NCBI RefSeq assembly: GCF_964204645.1
Contig: NC_134026.1
Coordinates: forward strand, 27,376,150 to 27,440,149
Direction of reading: 5' to 3'
DNA: 64,000 nucleotides
From: Tubulanus polymorphus
Taxonomy: Eukaryota; Animalia; Nemertea
This document shows positions 23,901 to 40,100 of the stretch, in pieces. The notes below the pieces were generated by a model, which ran no database searches, was not told the origin of the DNA, and was given only the letters and a program-made list of their open reading frames with translations. The translations under genes and the position numbers were made by a program. Every line of letters begins with the position of its first letter. The stretch's first letter is position 1.

Positions 23901-25781
23901 GCAATTTGCCAACGAATCATACGTATTTAATTATCTACAGCCACATCATCAAAACCGCTTACATGTTAATTGCATTTTTACGATCAACAACTGCTTGGAA
24001 TCCGCAAAAACTTCCCATTGTAAAACTTTTATTCTTTTCTTACTGGAATGCCTGTTCAGTTATACCCAACCTCAAGTCAAGTCAACAGATCACAAAATAA
24101 ATTTCGAAATTTCGGGCACGAACCCAACTGCGATAATTCCTCCTTCTTTCTGTATGTTGTTTTGTTTGCTCCCTCCTCAATCACACCATGAATGTCACTT
24201 TTGCTGCAGCTTCTCTTCGAACTGTTTCAATGTTCAAGTTGATATAAACCAAAACAAACAAAGTAGGAAATATAATTTCCACACAATTTATTCACCATTT
24301 TATCTTATATTCCACTAGAAACAAATTTTACATGATTATTGTACATCTTTTTATATACAACTTATAGTTATATTTACAAGAACTTAAATTAACATTTCAT
24401 ACCAGTTCGAATAATATTGAAATACGACTAGCCAAGTTTCCCTGGTGTCATGTTACTAGGAAGCCGTCACAGAACTTCCTTTTGTAACCTATACATAATA
24501 TGATAGTAATACAGTGCCAGTTATTTGTGTCATTACAATCATTTTTAGATAAATGTTATCCTTATCAATTCATAATGCACCTCCGAAAGACTAGTTTAAA
24601 CTCAACCCTTGTTCAGTACCTGTCCCTACAATTTTATGAAGCTACGATAGGTACGATGGTCTGCACATGCGGCTTAGCTTAAGATGCATCTAAAAGCCTT
24701 TTAAACAAAGAACTGAATATGATTCAGAGAAAGTAAGGATGATAAGCCAATTGCATCTAGTTATCTTCTGTTATTTCATATTTCCATAATCAATGATATT
24801 TCATATCCAAAACGATGGTATAGAATCAATTCAGCCAGGATATGCCCAATATCGAGAAACAATCAGCCTGGTTAGATAATCCTCAATAACCTTATACATA
24901 CGTCGATGCTATAAGTCATTGCAGCTAAAGGTTACGTGTCTGTTTATTAATCGAGTTGGATTCTGATAACGGTTTCATAATCAAAATTCATCGTAATTTA
25001 ATCCGCTGCTAATCCCCCCGTGATAACCGCTTTGATATGGAGGATTATCCATCTGATACTAATTACAATAGATACAACCTGATTTGAAAACCTTCCGTTA
25101 TTCAACGGCGATAAAAAATGTACATGCTAATTGAGATCCCAAAAGATCGCATCATGGCCGCCATTGTCAATGGTTCTTATGGGAATAGGTAGATTATTGC
25201 CTTGAACGAAGTGCCAGCAGTTGGGGTTTTACGAATCATTCGCTTGCCTGACTTTCAATAAACTCAATCAAGAAATAGGGGATAATTCATATAAAGTATA
25301 TCTCGGTGTATTAAATTTGGTATTCAAATCCGGTATCGTTGTCGCGAGTCTTTGTTGTTCTTAATGTCTCCGAGATTCACGGATCATTAACGGCAATGTT
25401 TCAGGCGCTTTCTGTTCATCATTATCAAATTTGCGACCAGATTGGCGAATAGACGCTTGGCTGAAACTTGTCGTGAGCGTATACGAAAACACTCACTGAC
25501 CCAGACATTTTCAACTGAAAAAGGTGTCAATGATGATCAGCGATTCAAAGCTATGTAATAACCATGGGAAATCATCGATAACAATAGAATTTTCTAATTA
25601 AATAAACGCGAGAAAAACTGCTAGACAATTGATGCATGCAGATATTGACATCCATGCCGAGATACCCGCATCACTGAATCATGTCTGCTAGGTCCGATGG
25701 TTGCATTCGATTCGGGAATTCGGTTTTCCAAGGCAGCTTGAAATAATTTATTGAGACACTATTTTCCGAATGTTGTATGCC

Positions 25782-28700
25782 CTATAACATAGGTCGATTA
25801 CTCGATGTTAGTTCATCGTCCTCCATATCTGAGTTATCGGCACTCATTTGTTCCGATTCTTCTTGTTTTTTCTTAGCTGTTGCCATTTCAGCCGCGTGTC
25901 TTTTTCGCCATTTTGTTCGTCGATTTTGAAACCACACCTGAAAGATAAGAGTACGCGGTCTGATAAAAATAAACCGAGAACTTTTAATTCATGCTATCAA
26001 TTATTTCCATATCTGATCGAAAACTCAACAAATTTGATGAAATTTTGCAAGTGTAATGAACAACAGATAATTATGGCAGAAGAATTCCATCGTCTTACTC
26101 GTACAAAAGCAGTATGGAGATAAGAATGATAATTTTGCGGCCGGCTTAGCTGGAGGCAATCCGGGCAATGTTCCGATAAGGTTGTAACAATGTCTAATTA
26201 TTGCCGATTCATGCTATACTCAGTAGCTACAAATCCGCGTTTCGTTTACTATTAACGTTATCAACAACGATCTACTGTTGACACGACGGGCAAAATTGCA
26301 GCAAATTTCTATTGTTATGTGTCATCTCGTTTTCCATTCGCAAATGGGCTGCTAACTATCGCGGGATTCAAGATGCATATCGGACCGCCATGGACGACAC
26401 GGCATAATCCCACAATACCATCAATCAAGTCAAACAAACTAAACGACATGCGAGTCCTAAATAAATCCGACCAAATGCTTACTGGGCACGATTTCGGTTT
26501 CTAAATTAGTTATAAAAAGATATAGCCTTGTCTATTCATTTAGAATTTGGCTTGACCTTTATGGCACGACACCATAATAACAAATTTCTCATCCAAAGTA
26601 ATTGATCTTTAATGACCTAGGATGAATGATTCCAACTGTTTGAAAATGTCCTGATCAATACACGGCACCAATGTGGTGATAGACGTTGTCGATAATTTGC
26701 AAAACGAGGAAACAGCAAAACAGCATTTTTAGGAGTAAATATGAGTAAATCTGTAACTGGGTGGAATTTGAGTTTGCAGTAGGGTTGGTACTAGTGATTT
26801 TTATCCAGTCTGCTATGTAATAGGTGATATAATATGCGATTGATCGTCACCGTTTTACATTGCATTTGTTTTTTAAAATTAATTTTTGATCCCTAATAAT
26901 CGAAGAAGCAATAACTGGGTAACATGACTCGAGAGATCGGGGCGTATACAAGGCAATTCGGAATTGAATTTATAGTTCCCCACACAGGTGTCAAGAGTGA
27001 AACATTGGGGAGCAAATTAAATTTGCCAGTGCTGTGACGGGAACGCAATTATTGCCAATAATCCCGGAATTAGACAAATTGTAGATTCAAGCTCAGTTAC
27101 TAATACCAAATTTCATGAGATGCGTCGTTCGTGGCACCAGATAATAAAAGACTTTGATAATGGCTCGAGATAAGACTTAATCCGAGAAAAGGAAACAAGA
27201 AAGCGACGTGCATGGTATTGGGCTGGCAGATGAGGGGAGGAAGCAAACGGATCAGAGTGATGAATTGATATCTAATGAAGCGTAAAATAACTGAACACGA
27301 AGCTGTCTGTAAAGAAAGCAAAATGAGGTTCCAATCTTGGCGCTGTTAGAGTAATATGCATTATTAGTGAAGTGAGAGACAATAAAATCTACATGAAGAA
27401 TACCGAACTCTCAGTAAGCTGTAATTATTTCACACTGGAACTATACGTCAGCATTAGACATGAATTATCAACGAATGCGCTTTAAGTTAGGTTGGCATGA
27501 TCGACCACCACCGAAGTTGTACAAACAATGACTTGCTAAGTGTTCAGATGTGGAATGACTTACGTCTTCAAAAAAGAAGAACATGGTGTTCAGCTGTTCG
27601 GATAAAAATTCCAGATCCGATGCAGATGGATGAACAACGGGTTCCCACCTGTCTGTGGTTGTAAGGGCCCCTTGCTACTCCCAACCGATTTCCATCAATA
27701 ACACGTGATGGGCTTGTTTAGATACATCGCCCAGTTAAAAGGGTTTTTATTTCGATGAGAATGCTCTTATTGCGTGTTGTTTATTATGCCAGGCGCGAGG
27801 AAAAATGATGTTTGTTGCCAACTAAGCGAGATGTTAATGAAGTCTCTTCTTGAGTGTTTGCGTTCAAATGTCAGCCGAATATATTCATCACAGATGGCAT
27901 AAAATGAAGTAATCTCTGTTCTATTCAACATCATATAATATCTAACAATGATAAGTTATCGTTTGTTGAAATCGAGTGTTCCATTCTCAACATGATACAA
28001 ATCATAATGAACCAGAAAGTTATCCCTTATCATCTTGTATTTACAGTTTGATAATGCAACAAATATTGGGAATTTTGTTCGCTTGAGTTAGTCGATTTGA
28101 ATACAAAACAGCGTATCAACTGCTCTAGGAGACTTTGAAACCGATTACATTTAAAAACTTGTAGGCGGGTTACTTCAAAGCGTTTGACCATGAATTTGAT
28201 CCCAATATATGTCAGTTGTACACGGGGTCAAGGGTGCTTCAGAGTAAGTGAAAGAAGACATCGTCACAACTGATAAATCGTCCAAGCGACTTATCTACTT
28301 AAACCTCAGTGGCGCCACAATATTTCAAAAGAATTAAAGGTATCTACATCACGAAACAAGCGGCGTGGCAAAATATTCTTCATACACACCTTAACTTGAC
28401 TTTCAGACATGCCTAATGCATATGCCAATCTGGCTCTTTCCGGTCCAGCCAAATATTTCGTCTGTTCAAATGTCTTTTCTAATGCAAATATCTGCTGACC
28501 AGAAAATGTCGGTCTCGTGTGTTTCCGTTTACCATCTTTATCAATCGTTACGTTGTTTTGTGAATCTATAAAGAAAAATTTGAAAATATTCAAAAAGAAA
28601 TATTCTACAAAAAACCAATCATCTTTAAATAACCTAGAATAGTTCAAGAAGCGCTAAACTCGGGTCCAATACTAGCTATCAAGTTATTATCAGTAAAATC

Positions 28701-31700
28701 GTTGTTTCTGTGATTCATGTTAACTAAACTTTGTTTTTATGCTTGTCCTGAAAGCTTCGATTTTTCCATCAAATGTCGTATTACAAATAATTTGCGACAA
28801 TGTTTTCGCGTTCTTCGATCATTGGAAAAGTGACAGGCCTTCGCTGATAATTGTATTCCAGTGATTAGTGCAGAATCATACCCTTATGCCTTCGATTCGA
28901 TATGAAATTGGTTTTTCGATTATAGACAGAAAGATAGTGTTACGCCGATGTCAATCTTATCATTGGCAGTATTTCGAACGTAATTTTCCCAGCATATGAT
29001 CATTGGTTGGATATTCACTTCTGGTAATTTGCAGCTATGATTGTAAGCGAAAGTCGATCTAACTGTGACTTGTGACGAGATTGGTTTCAAATAAGCAGAT
29101 CAACAAGACGAATTGGATTCGTGGATTTAGCGTTTGAAAACCGATCGGTTTGACATCGACCTGCCTGCCCTCCGTACATTTTACTGTCACAATTCATACA
29201 TTATCTAATCGAGACTCGTCAAATTCAAAATTTGACGAGAACCCGTGGAATTAGGTTGAGCCAAGGCTTACAATGCGTGAAAAATGTTACACCCGACAAT
29301 GATGACGAAGCAAGCTGCGAACATATTGTCGAAATTAAAACGACACATTATCAATCATCATACACAGAAAACGCTAAAGACACATTCTGTTTTATAAGAT
29401 GCAAAACGAACGCCATTTATCCGTAATCCGATAAATTAGCCTGACTGATCATTAATTTGATTCGTAAGTACATTACACATTCAAATACCGAATTATTTTT
29501 CCGATCCTGGCAGCCTAAAACAGATGCATGTATAGCTATCAGTAATCCCCAAACAGCAATCAATTGAACGACTGAATAAGAACATTAAAGCACCAACAAC
29601 TGCATAATGTCGTCGACCATTTTACAGAGAGGCAGACATGAATATCAAGTATTTCATCAGACTTCGCTCAGAGTCACGGGTTAAAAATACGAATTCGTCA
29701 TGTTCATCCTCGCCGATTTTTATTCATTGTTTAGTAAACCACGACTCATACGGTGTTATCAAAAGAAAAGTAAATTGATATCTTAATGGCAAATTAATTC
29801 AATAACCGGCCTAAAAATCATGAAATAAAGGTTTTTGATATAATGGAAACAGCTAAGAATATTCATCTATGATTATCTTCAATCATCATTAATAAGAATT
29901 AACGATTTGTGTTTAAATGTATTTTTCATTTCGTTTCAAAAATATATACCATGATGCATTATACCATGTTGAAAAGGTTGAAAAGCAAAATTCTTTGCAC
30001 TAATATTTCATTAATCCTCTTTCCTTTGCAATTTAGCTTTACTATAATGGCTTTATATTTGTCTTATAGCAGTAACACATGTTGCTATCGTGCCAATTGG
30101 CTAAATTGAGCCAGCTCCTTTTCGCGGTGGTACATGAACATAGTAAAAAATAATCGTCTCTTGAAAACGTTTGATGCTCACTTCTTCCGGCGTCGGGTCT
30201 ACTTCTTCAAATTCTCGGTCAAGCCTGCTTTGTTTAGTGGGCACTGATTAAACTAATAAATTAGTAATCCACAGTTAGAAGCAGCCGATTTATTGTAAAC
30301 ACTCCCAACAAGATCGTCCGACATAGCAAAAAACGAGAGGACTTCGCGCTAAATATTATATCGAGTCAACCTTTTTAAACCTTACAAAAAGAAATACGGT
30401 TGATTCGAATTCGAAGTATTTCTGTGAGTTGTAATATTCTGGTATACTTTCATTTGTTTTGACTGGAGTTTAAAAGAAGATCGAGCCTCGTGCGGAATCA
30501 ATGATATTTATATCATCGACTTTATTAAGCCACTTTACGTCATTATTTCGTTGAAATCGGTCAATCATCAGTCGAAAAAATAGGTGGCATATACAATATC
30601 GCCTGAATACGATCTAGATGAATTTAAATTCGAAAAGTATCGAAGAAAATATTCGCCACTGAAAAATGTAAATGGCAGGATATTTCATTAAAATAGTCTC
30701 GTAAGAACATTTATTTCCAAGGAGATTTTAGAAAGCAATTCATTTGATCGTCATACGGGACACGTTTAAATGCGGTAATATACATTGTTTCCATTGAGAT
30801 ACCGAGTCAAATTGAACGCCATTTGATATAAAGATATATGTATTTCCTACTTAACGGTACAATTACGCGAAAATTCGCAAATGTCCAATTTTATGCCTCT
30901 ATGAACAAATGGTCTTCCATAGATGGAACAGAAAGAAGGAAAGGTGAACGAGCGCTATTGTAATAAAGGATTGACAGCTTTAATCGTGTGACTTATGAAG
31001 ATTTATGGTTGTTTAATGTCCCTTATATTGTGCTTATGTTACTCTAATACATGCAGGTCAATTCCTACGCTTAATACGTCCATTTTGTTTGTCACTTTAA
31101 TTTATGAATCGTTTATACGTATTTTGTATTCAGAAATTTTCACGTTTGAGAAAAAATTAATCACTTACTTAAAGGCACCCCCGTATCATGACTGGGTGAA
31201 TTAACGGTACAAATCTATTTCAAGTTAAGTAGATATTGGCTACAGTTTTTTTTAAAATATAATCATAGGGATATAACCGCAGATCTTGTATGTATTGTGG
31301 AAGAAAGGAGCTTTTTACTTAATTTGCCTCATGTCTGGGTTCTCTCTCTGGACCAGTCATACTTTGAAACTTTAAAGTGTTGTCGGTCTGACACAAAACA
31401 TTTACCGGCGTGCCGTGCCATTCATCGACGAAAATTTAAACGGCCAAATTACACCAGCTTTTTCAGAATTTTTTCCAAGGTGCGACAATGACCCATTCTA
31501 CGTGAGCTGTCGAGCTCGGATAATAAACGAGCGACGCTTTCAGAAGCTTCAGGTGTTTTTAGAAGTCTATTCCGGACATTCCTTTATAACCCAGGTTCCC
31601 ATTGTGTTACTGAACATCTTTCATAATTCTTCCCCTCTAAGACACCTTGTCGCCTATGATAAATGACTCGTCCTAATGAAGCCGTGTCTTTTCTGCTTAC

Positions 31701-32805
31701 ATGCAAAACATGTAGCGACGAATCAGATGAGTAGATGCCGTTCTGCGAGGCAGTATCAATCATCAGGTAATTGACATGATTAAATGGGTCTTCCTGAGAA
31801 CCAACAATACACACAAAACCGTTAAACTACATTAATTGTTTTTACACCATTTCGGTTATCTTCATGAAATATATGAATCTTTTTACTAATGGTTAATTTT
31901 TTTCAAAGATATACTTCAAATATAATCATCGTACAATAGTGACTTCCTGAAGATTCTGAAGAAATTTGAGTCAAACTCTATGAGTTCTTTTTATTTGATG
32001 AATACTATTAACATTCCACGATTAATATGGTTATCAAAAAGAATATATATCTAAATGAAGTATGTTTAAGAATATTAAATTAAGTATGTTTACCATGTTT
32101 AAGAATGCATCAAACTTTAAAGAAAGTGACCCAGATGATATATTTATCAAACTCAATTTTTGTTGAAAATTCGGATTCAACACGATCAAAGAAAAAATGA
32201 TATGTTTATTCTTATGCCCAAAAATAAACACGTTCTGCTGGTTTATTTCTAAGTGCGAAAAATGAAACATTATTAGGCAAGTCAGTGTTACATTATTAAT
32301 TCTTTGTTTACTTACACTGACTCTGCGGTCTCCACGTACCCTGTACAAGTCCTGGCCAGTATATGGGCGTCCTTCCTGGTAAATCTGCCAACGGCTTTGG
32401 AAATCTTGCTTGCGGGTTGAAATACATTCCAGCGTTGATCCTCGGAAGTCCAGTAAATTGTCCCATATGTCCGGCGAGGTGCGGAAAATTGAGGTACGGT
32501 TTATTGAGAATGTCGGATATACCATGTGGTGTGGAAGGAATGCTATTTAAGTTAATGGGAGACATAGATGATTTCAGAGACGCCGCAGACTGCGAATATG
32601 ACGGTACCGAAGTTCCAGGTATTTTCGTTTCAGTCATGTTATGTAACGCCGCCAGTGGGGGGTTACTTAAAACAAATGCACTTTGGCGCGAAGCCGCGTC
32701 CATATTTGACAGCAGTGAGGCCATAGTCGTCGGACTGGGGTTTTGGTAGCCCCCTGAACTAGTATTCGACGCGCCTTCCGACGTCACGGCGCAGTAATCC
32801 AACAT
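25782..32805 (-). CDS. Nkx6: NK6-class homeobox transcription factor, 3 exons
   Basis: Exons 32805-32316, 28565-28390 and 25937-25782. Motifs [11 protein letters not shown], eh1/TN motif [15 protein letters not shown], and homeodomain [64 protein letters not shown]. Confidence 0.97.
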
Positions 32806-34143
32806 GAGTGTTTTTCCAGTTAGTACCAGGCGGATAACAGCTGTAAGGAAGACAGGTCACCAATGTGCAAGAACTTAAGATGAGAGTGCCATTTGAACGA
32901 TCTTGTTTTAGTGGCTTGTTCGCCTGATTGACGATACTCATTCATCATTTTGCTATTCCGATTGACGACACATTGATATGGCGAACCTAAACGACCTGTC
33001 GCAGGGAACGGCAATTTCATTGGTCGGCAGTGGCGGGGTTGGAACTTAAGATGTGTTAAACACTCTGCAATTGGTCGAAATCAATACGCGCGATAACGAT
33101 AATAATGAAACTTATTTAGTGGAAAAGGCATGTGGCTTGTGAATCATTAGTGCCGTTTTAGTATTCATTGCTACGTTAAACCACCAACAAAATAGTCATT
33201 CTACGAATCTGAAAGCATAAAAATGGCATACTTTACATCGAACCGCCTGAAGAATATCAATAAGTCGCCGTTGATCCGACGAAATATTCAGCGTCCGGTG
33301 CATACTTACATCGGTGTCTGAAACTGTTAATTTTCGGAAAATTGAAACACGTCGAGCCCCACGCCCCGATCTATAAACCTGTCACAAAAACTTTAATGGA
33401 TCACCGATTAATTCTTCTTATACATAACGACTATCAGTGGCAATTAAACTAAACAGGCTTTCTTTTTACGGTATCATCGATGCCATTGTCGATGTGCATT
33501 TCACTTAGAATTCATTTTCTCGAAATTTTATCAATCGTGCATCATTCAATAACATCTTATTCTAAAGTAAAATTGTCAACCCTTTCCTTCGTATTCCCCG
33601 TGTAGCGCCAAACATCTAATGAAAGAGTCCATCATAACCCACGTGGTATACAATAAAATTTTGGGAACTTTTTGGCATTTATTATCATACAGTTTAGAAC
33701 GCCAATAAAAAAGCTTACGATTATTTTTACAATCCGTTATACCACTATTTTATAAGGCTAGATGAACCTATTCAAGTAAGTACATCGCATTAAGTGTGTG
33801 AATTTCCCCGGTTTAATGACACTCCAATTAATTCGATAGGCTTTATTACCAGTAACTCCTGCTCGTCCCGTATTTTAATCAAGGCCTACTTTGCCAATGG
33901 GAAATTTAATTCAAAACCATCTTACCAAAGTAGCGTACTCTCTGGCGGCCAGAATATAGCGACCTTTTATGTTTTGGATATTCTTTTGGGAGTAAGATGT
34001 CTGCAAGTGAAATCCGAATAGTCCATTGACAAATAATGACGTCAATGCCCACTCGACAAACTATAGCATAGACCAGTAAGAAATCAGGCGAGTCATGTCG
34101 AAACTGTGTAACTTTTTGATGATGCTTTTAAGTGAGGGTTGAC

Positions 34144-34187
34144 AGCAGCAGCAACAGCAGCAGCAGTAGCGGCAGCAGCAGCAGCAG
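34144..34187. repeat. Imperfect (CAG)n microsatellite upstream of Nkx6
   Basis: CAGCAGCAGCAACAGCAGCAGCAGTAGCGGCAGCAGCAGCAGCA, not in any supported exon. Confidence 0.9.
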
Positions 34188-37100
34188 ATGTGCATCACCT
34201 GTTTTTTTTTGTAACCTCGTGAACCACCTTTTCCCGATACGTCATCATTCCTCGATCATTCGATCACCTGTTTAAAACTGAGTCTGTTATTGCATAGATT
34301 TGCCATTAATGCGCAATATCTTAAAAGGAATCGCGTGGAATTCTGAATACCTGTCTTCGTGGAGAAAGTTCTTTCCGCGTTAATTCTGTCTCACGATTTA
34401 AAATCCGCACGATGACGTCGTATCATTGCAAATCTATAGATTTTCAAGAAAAGAAATCAATTTCGATAAGTTTATTGATTCTTTAGAATAAACTTTCGCT
34501 AGAGAATTCGACAACTATCGACTTATGATGTGAAAATAATGTAATAGTATTCTCAACTTGATATTGGTCGAATGAAACGAGAAAAAAAATAGTTATGGAT
34601 ATTGGCATAAAACTCAACTGTACCAAAAAATTCATTGTCCGGGAAAGAACGTTACTAAATACGACGCTTAGTGTCTTCCGCTGCGATGAATTGTAACTGA
34701 TTCAATTAAGCGGCCTTTGTAAAACCTCATCACATGAAACTGCACATTAGCCGTCCATCTAAACCGTTTTGTGGGAATCACCAATAATAGACTGCACCGA
34801 TTTAGTTTTTCATTCAATTACTATGACTTATAATTAATAACTTTCATCATCATCAAAAGGCACAATTATAATCGGTTATTATAGTAAAATGTATTTATGG
34901 AGAGATTTTCCACACGGATGCAAACCATTGTAACTCATCAACTATCATTAACAAGCGTCACGTGTTTGCCTATCACACAATAATTGCATCAAGCGATCAA
35001 ATTTAACTTGGATTTTATTATTGCATGTACAATTGATGGAATTACACCCTACATCGTAGACCATTACGATATCGTCATGGGAAAATTCCGGCGTAATTGA
35101 TATTTTCGCTAATGAAATTGATACCTTCGCGAAACCGCGCATCCTGGTCTAATTGGTTCGCATATACCACTCATCATACCACAATGATATTTTGATAGGA
35201 AATCACAAGTACCATCGCTGTATTTGTTTTGATTTCATTGCTCACTTTATTGATAGAAAAAACACCGGATTCAACGTAGCGATGTTGCCTCGTTCCCGCC
35301 ATTATAGTTGTTCTCGATGTGAAATGATAATGGTAAATTTTATCGCATTATTTTATTGCCGTTATTTATTCGATGAGAAAACGTTTGATGATTTGCTGAA
35401 AATTACGCGGACATTAAAACTAACGCGGACAGTGTGTAATCGATGTATTCAATGTCCTGTATCGAGGCACGTCTTCCGCGTTCGAATTGAAACGGACGCG
35501 ATCGACAAAACTGAGGGGTTTCAGTTTAATTACGAGAATCATATTACCCGGCGTATATAGGAAACTATTCTGTAGACAATTCACTGACAGGATGATGCAT
35601 ATAATTAGGACGATTAATTCATATTTCTGGTCCTGGTGGATTCCCCGTTGAACGGTTTACAAAGATACTTTTAATCCCGTCGAATGATGGGATATAGCGA
35701 ACGATGGTTAGGTCTCTGACCCAAGTCATTAATAACTCGCACATAAATATTTTGTCGCAGATCTTAAGCCATCAAATCGGGACACAGAGGGACAGTGATG
35801 ATCGATATAGAACTATAAGTGTCAAACGGATGAAAATTAATGTTCAACCAGATGGGTCATCAATCGCCTATGTATACACGTTCATTATCTGGTAATATTG
35901 AGGGATTTACGCCATATTTCCATAGATTATTTTGCGGTTATACTTAGACAACAAGGATAATGGGATAGTGGCTGTGATTGCCACGAGGCTGTAGTTATTT
36001 TGATTATATATTATCCCCTAACGCTGGCTAGCGATCACTCGGGGATCAGAGACTTAACGCTTTCTGTAATTTGGCTGCTTCTATAAACACATGGACGGTG
36101 ATGATACTAACGATGAAATTGCTTTCATGACTGGATTTTAAATGCGTAAGAGGCTTTCAAATAGGCTACGAATTGAAAGTCGACTTAGTAGAAGACATAT
36201 ATGCTAGCAATCTATTCAAAGTCTATTTCTGTATCTATAGCAGGTGGAATACATGATTCCATTTCGTGAAAATCGTTGAATTGACGATTAAGCTGAAATA
36301 ATTTTGATACTGAATTATGTAACCCATATTATGTCATTTCTTGGCAGCACGTTTTCGCTTTTGTCTTGATGATTTATGAAATACATCGTTCAATTGTTTT
36401 CAAAGATACACATGATCTACGCTGTCATTACATTTTGTTACCAAATATTTTAATAAATTTCAAAAGATAAATGGAAAGAGATTCCATTAATCTTGTATAT
36501 GACAGGTCAGAGAAGGAAATACAATTTATCAAAAGTATACCAGCTCAAAGATAAGGGATTTAAATTTAAGATCTGCGTTCTGTGACTTTGACAAATTTGA
36601 TTCGAAATCATGGCTTTTAAAAGATGAGAAATCAATAATAGGCAGTATTTCGAACTTTTTAATGACGTCACTATCCCAACTGTCCCATATGCAATCGAAT
36701 TATTATACGAATTTCTTTAATCCAATTCTTCTGACGTTTTTGCGAACGATACTCATCGATTCCGCTATACCATCAGATCGGAAATCAAGGCAGAAAAACA
36801 GCTTGAAGTTGTGTGATGCAATAAAGAACGATATATTTTGTTTAATTCACGCGATGGTCATAAGTGTTCCCACCTGAGAACGCCAGTATGTTGATTAAAC
36901 CATCGCAGATGAGATTAATCGCGTTCTTTAGATAAATCAGACGGTGTCCCTGGGTAGCGACATCAATCTTCCGGCTCATCCATCACCCCACTACGTCAGA
37001 ATGCCGCGCCCCATCGATACGACCCGGCACCGCTTCGTAATTATATTCCGTATCGTTGTGTCCATCTAACTACTCATTTAGATTGCTTGTAACTTCCGGC

Positions 37101-40100
37101 AATCTAACGACAATCATTCATCATTATCTGCGTAATATCTCGCTTATGACTGACCACCATAATGACCATCTTATGCGTCCAACATCAAGAACATAAATTC
37201 TTTGAAACAGTTTTTCTAAATGGCGTGCGTGTGTGTATGTATGATCTGATTACTCGGTGCTTAAGCGTCCGAAAAAGCGATGCACGCATCACTGAAATAA
37301 AGTGTCAGAATTTGTTACAAATGGCTCAAAGGCTACACGACACCATATGGATTCGGCACAGTCGTATGACAGGTCCAATACCAACCTAATGAATGTCCAC
37401 TGATTGAGAACTACGATTGCGCCAAACACATAAGCCAGAAAAATGACCGATGGTTTCGAGTAAGTTTTTCCACTTATCCCCATGTGTCAAAAGTTACAAA
37501 TAAGTTAACTCTGAGCTCTGTGCATAATTGATATCGTGATCAGCGGGCCACGTGTAAACTCATCTTCCCAATATGATAGATTATACATCCGAAAAATTAT
37601 AGTAATTTTTTCAGAATCTCATCCAAAAACAAAAAATCTTATAGGTTTAATTCTTACTGACACAGATAGATACCACGGTTTGTATTAATCACCTGCTAAC
37701 TGCTATCATAATCTCAGAAGCTGGTTAACGAGTTACAAATGCCATTTAAGAATGATTTCTGTCGGTCACGTACGTTCATTACATATTACTTTAAGGCACA
37801 TGAAAGTTAGAAAAAACACTTTTACCTAATAAATATGGAGATAAGCGAGTGTATATTTATACTCCTCATCGCTAGCAAATGTTGTTTAAGCAGTTAGAAT
37901 AGCTAACTTATTTCTCGTGAGTAGTATTTAACACATTTATCTTGTCCGTGGTGAAGGCCACCAATATAGTAACTTGCTATGATATCAATTTCAGTCATCA
38001 TCATTATCATTGACCGAAATATCTCCTTAAAGCAAACTCCCCAGTATGAGAGATGAAGAAGCTTCGGAATTGGTTTTTATTATGTTTCTTGAATAGGAGC
38101 TATACTCGATTACTTTGCCGAACAGTTTTTCTTTCTTTTCGTATGATTTATTTTCTAACTATACTATTATTCCTCGCGTCATATCGCTTCCTAGAGTTAC
38201 GATAAACCAATCCAAACTTCCCTTTCGGGGGATACTCATGTACCCATGTCATGTCCAACCGTTTTAATGAACAACAGTTTCCCAAAAATGGTTTAAACCA
38301 AAAATGGCCAATCGTTCTTCTGCAGTGCCGTATATAACAACATTATTGCATCAATTTTGTGAGCATGAAGCGCTATTATTATGATTAAATGTACAAACGG
38401 CATTTGATCAAGTGATTGCTCTATTGTATTTGATCCCTTGGTACAAGCTATTTCGATGAGAAATAATCTGCGCTAGTTGGTTTAATCAAGGCTTTATTGC
38501 CTCGAAGCGTCAAAATGGCAACGCTAGGGCAAATTTATTCGGGGCTAACGCAGGGCGAACAGATTTTGCCGCCACTTTGCACATTGTCTTCGATATAAAC
38601 GGCGGCAATACAAGCTACCAGAAGTGCTCCAGCGCAAATAAAGACTCATCGGAAATGTGTATCCTACTTCTGATGGAGATAAATAGAGGAATTCATTAGA
38701 CAATCATTGCCAGCACCGAGAAGTTAGAATTCTTAGATATACAGTAGCAATTTTCGGTAGTTAATTATTTCAGCGTATTGTATAGCGGCAATGTTCTTTA
38801 GTAATATGTTAAGCTACGAATTTGAAAATTGAGAAATATCTCATCGAATTGATATCGAACATACATTTTAGGTATAAGCGCCATTTTTCGAATAAGTTTT
38901 TCCAAGTGTATTTTGCTTTTGAAAATATTCAAATCATTAGTTTACCATCTCCATTATAAATGTATGATACACTGAATATTCTGCATTTTTGGGCAGATTA
39001 TACGTTTTGCATTTTCTTCTAATTTCACATCTTAATTTTACTTTTTTCATGTTCATACAACTCTTTTTATTGTAAACTTTCAAGAAGTGCACCGAATAAT
39101 CACATTAAGTGATTCTTTTCTGATCAACATCCCGAATGCACGTGGTTAAGAAAGATTGAAATGATGACAGAGCGTACCGAAACGGTGGATAAACAGATTT
39201 CTGCTCGATTGGGTCCCACTCGTAATTTGCTCTCGCTTGGAAATTGCCTTAAGATATTGAAATATGGGATGATATATGGGTTTCATCAGCGTTCGAAAAT
39301 CAGGCGTGAAATCAGCTAAATTATCCAATTAAACATGAAGTGGAAGACAAGTACAGAAACAAAGTGACAGAGTACCGGTAATTAATACTGTGTAGACACT
39401 TGCAATCTTTGCATTATAACGTTGTCATGATGTCGTCAAAAATTCTATAAAGAATTTAGTCAGGCAGCCAAATCCTGGATAATATCCACACTTTCGAGCG
39501 TATACAACGAATTGTGATAACTTTTAGATTCGATGAAAACACATCAACCAGTATAATCTTTGGAATCTCTCAACAAAAAGGTCATTTTCAACCATTTGAA
39601 ACTAACTGTTGACAAGATAATCGCGATCGTGACGTATTCAATTTTTGAACTGAAAATACACTCACAGTTATCACACCAGCAAGGTATCGGGTTTTAGTTG
39701 ATTAACAAAACCGTGCTACGGTTTATTCAAGAGGCTAGTCGTCATAAAAAAGTGAAGTAAGCAGTAAATCAGTATGGTCGAGTGTTTAGTGGACGATAAG
39801 ATAATGCAATGTTTAGATACATTGGCTAGTGTCATTTGTTAGTCTCGACTACATCGAGTGTTATTGTGATTAATACTGTAACTATGCCTTGCTAATACCA
39901 TCATATTCTGAAGAGGTTTCCATGTCAACAAAAGATATTAGTGGATAAATTGCAATAAAGCCGAAAAAGGTGACAAGCCAACGCGGCCCGAACAAGAAAA
40001 TAAATATAGTTATAACCCAATTATATGAGCCATTCATTACAGTGACGTTTTATAAGGATATTTTCTGGTAGGGTATCGTTGCGTTAGTTGGCCTGCCGGC

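Noticed and set aside
32363-32749. Antisense ORFs over Nkx6, GPCR and Kv exons
   Set aside because: Shadow frames of genuine coding exons on the opposite strand.
20200-37200. Scattered GLI-like and Su(H)/CSL-like motifs around Nkx6
   Set aside because: Imperfect or too few to exceed chance in about 17 kb without conservation data.
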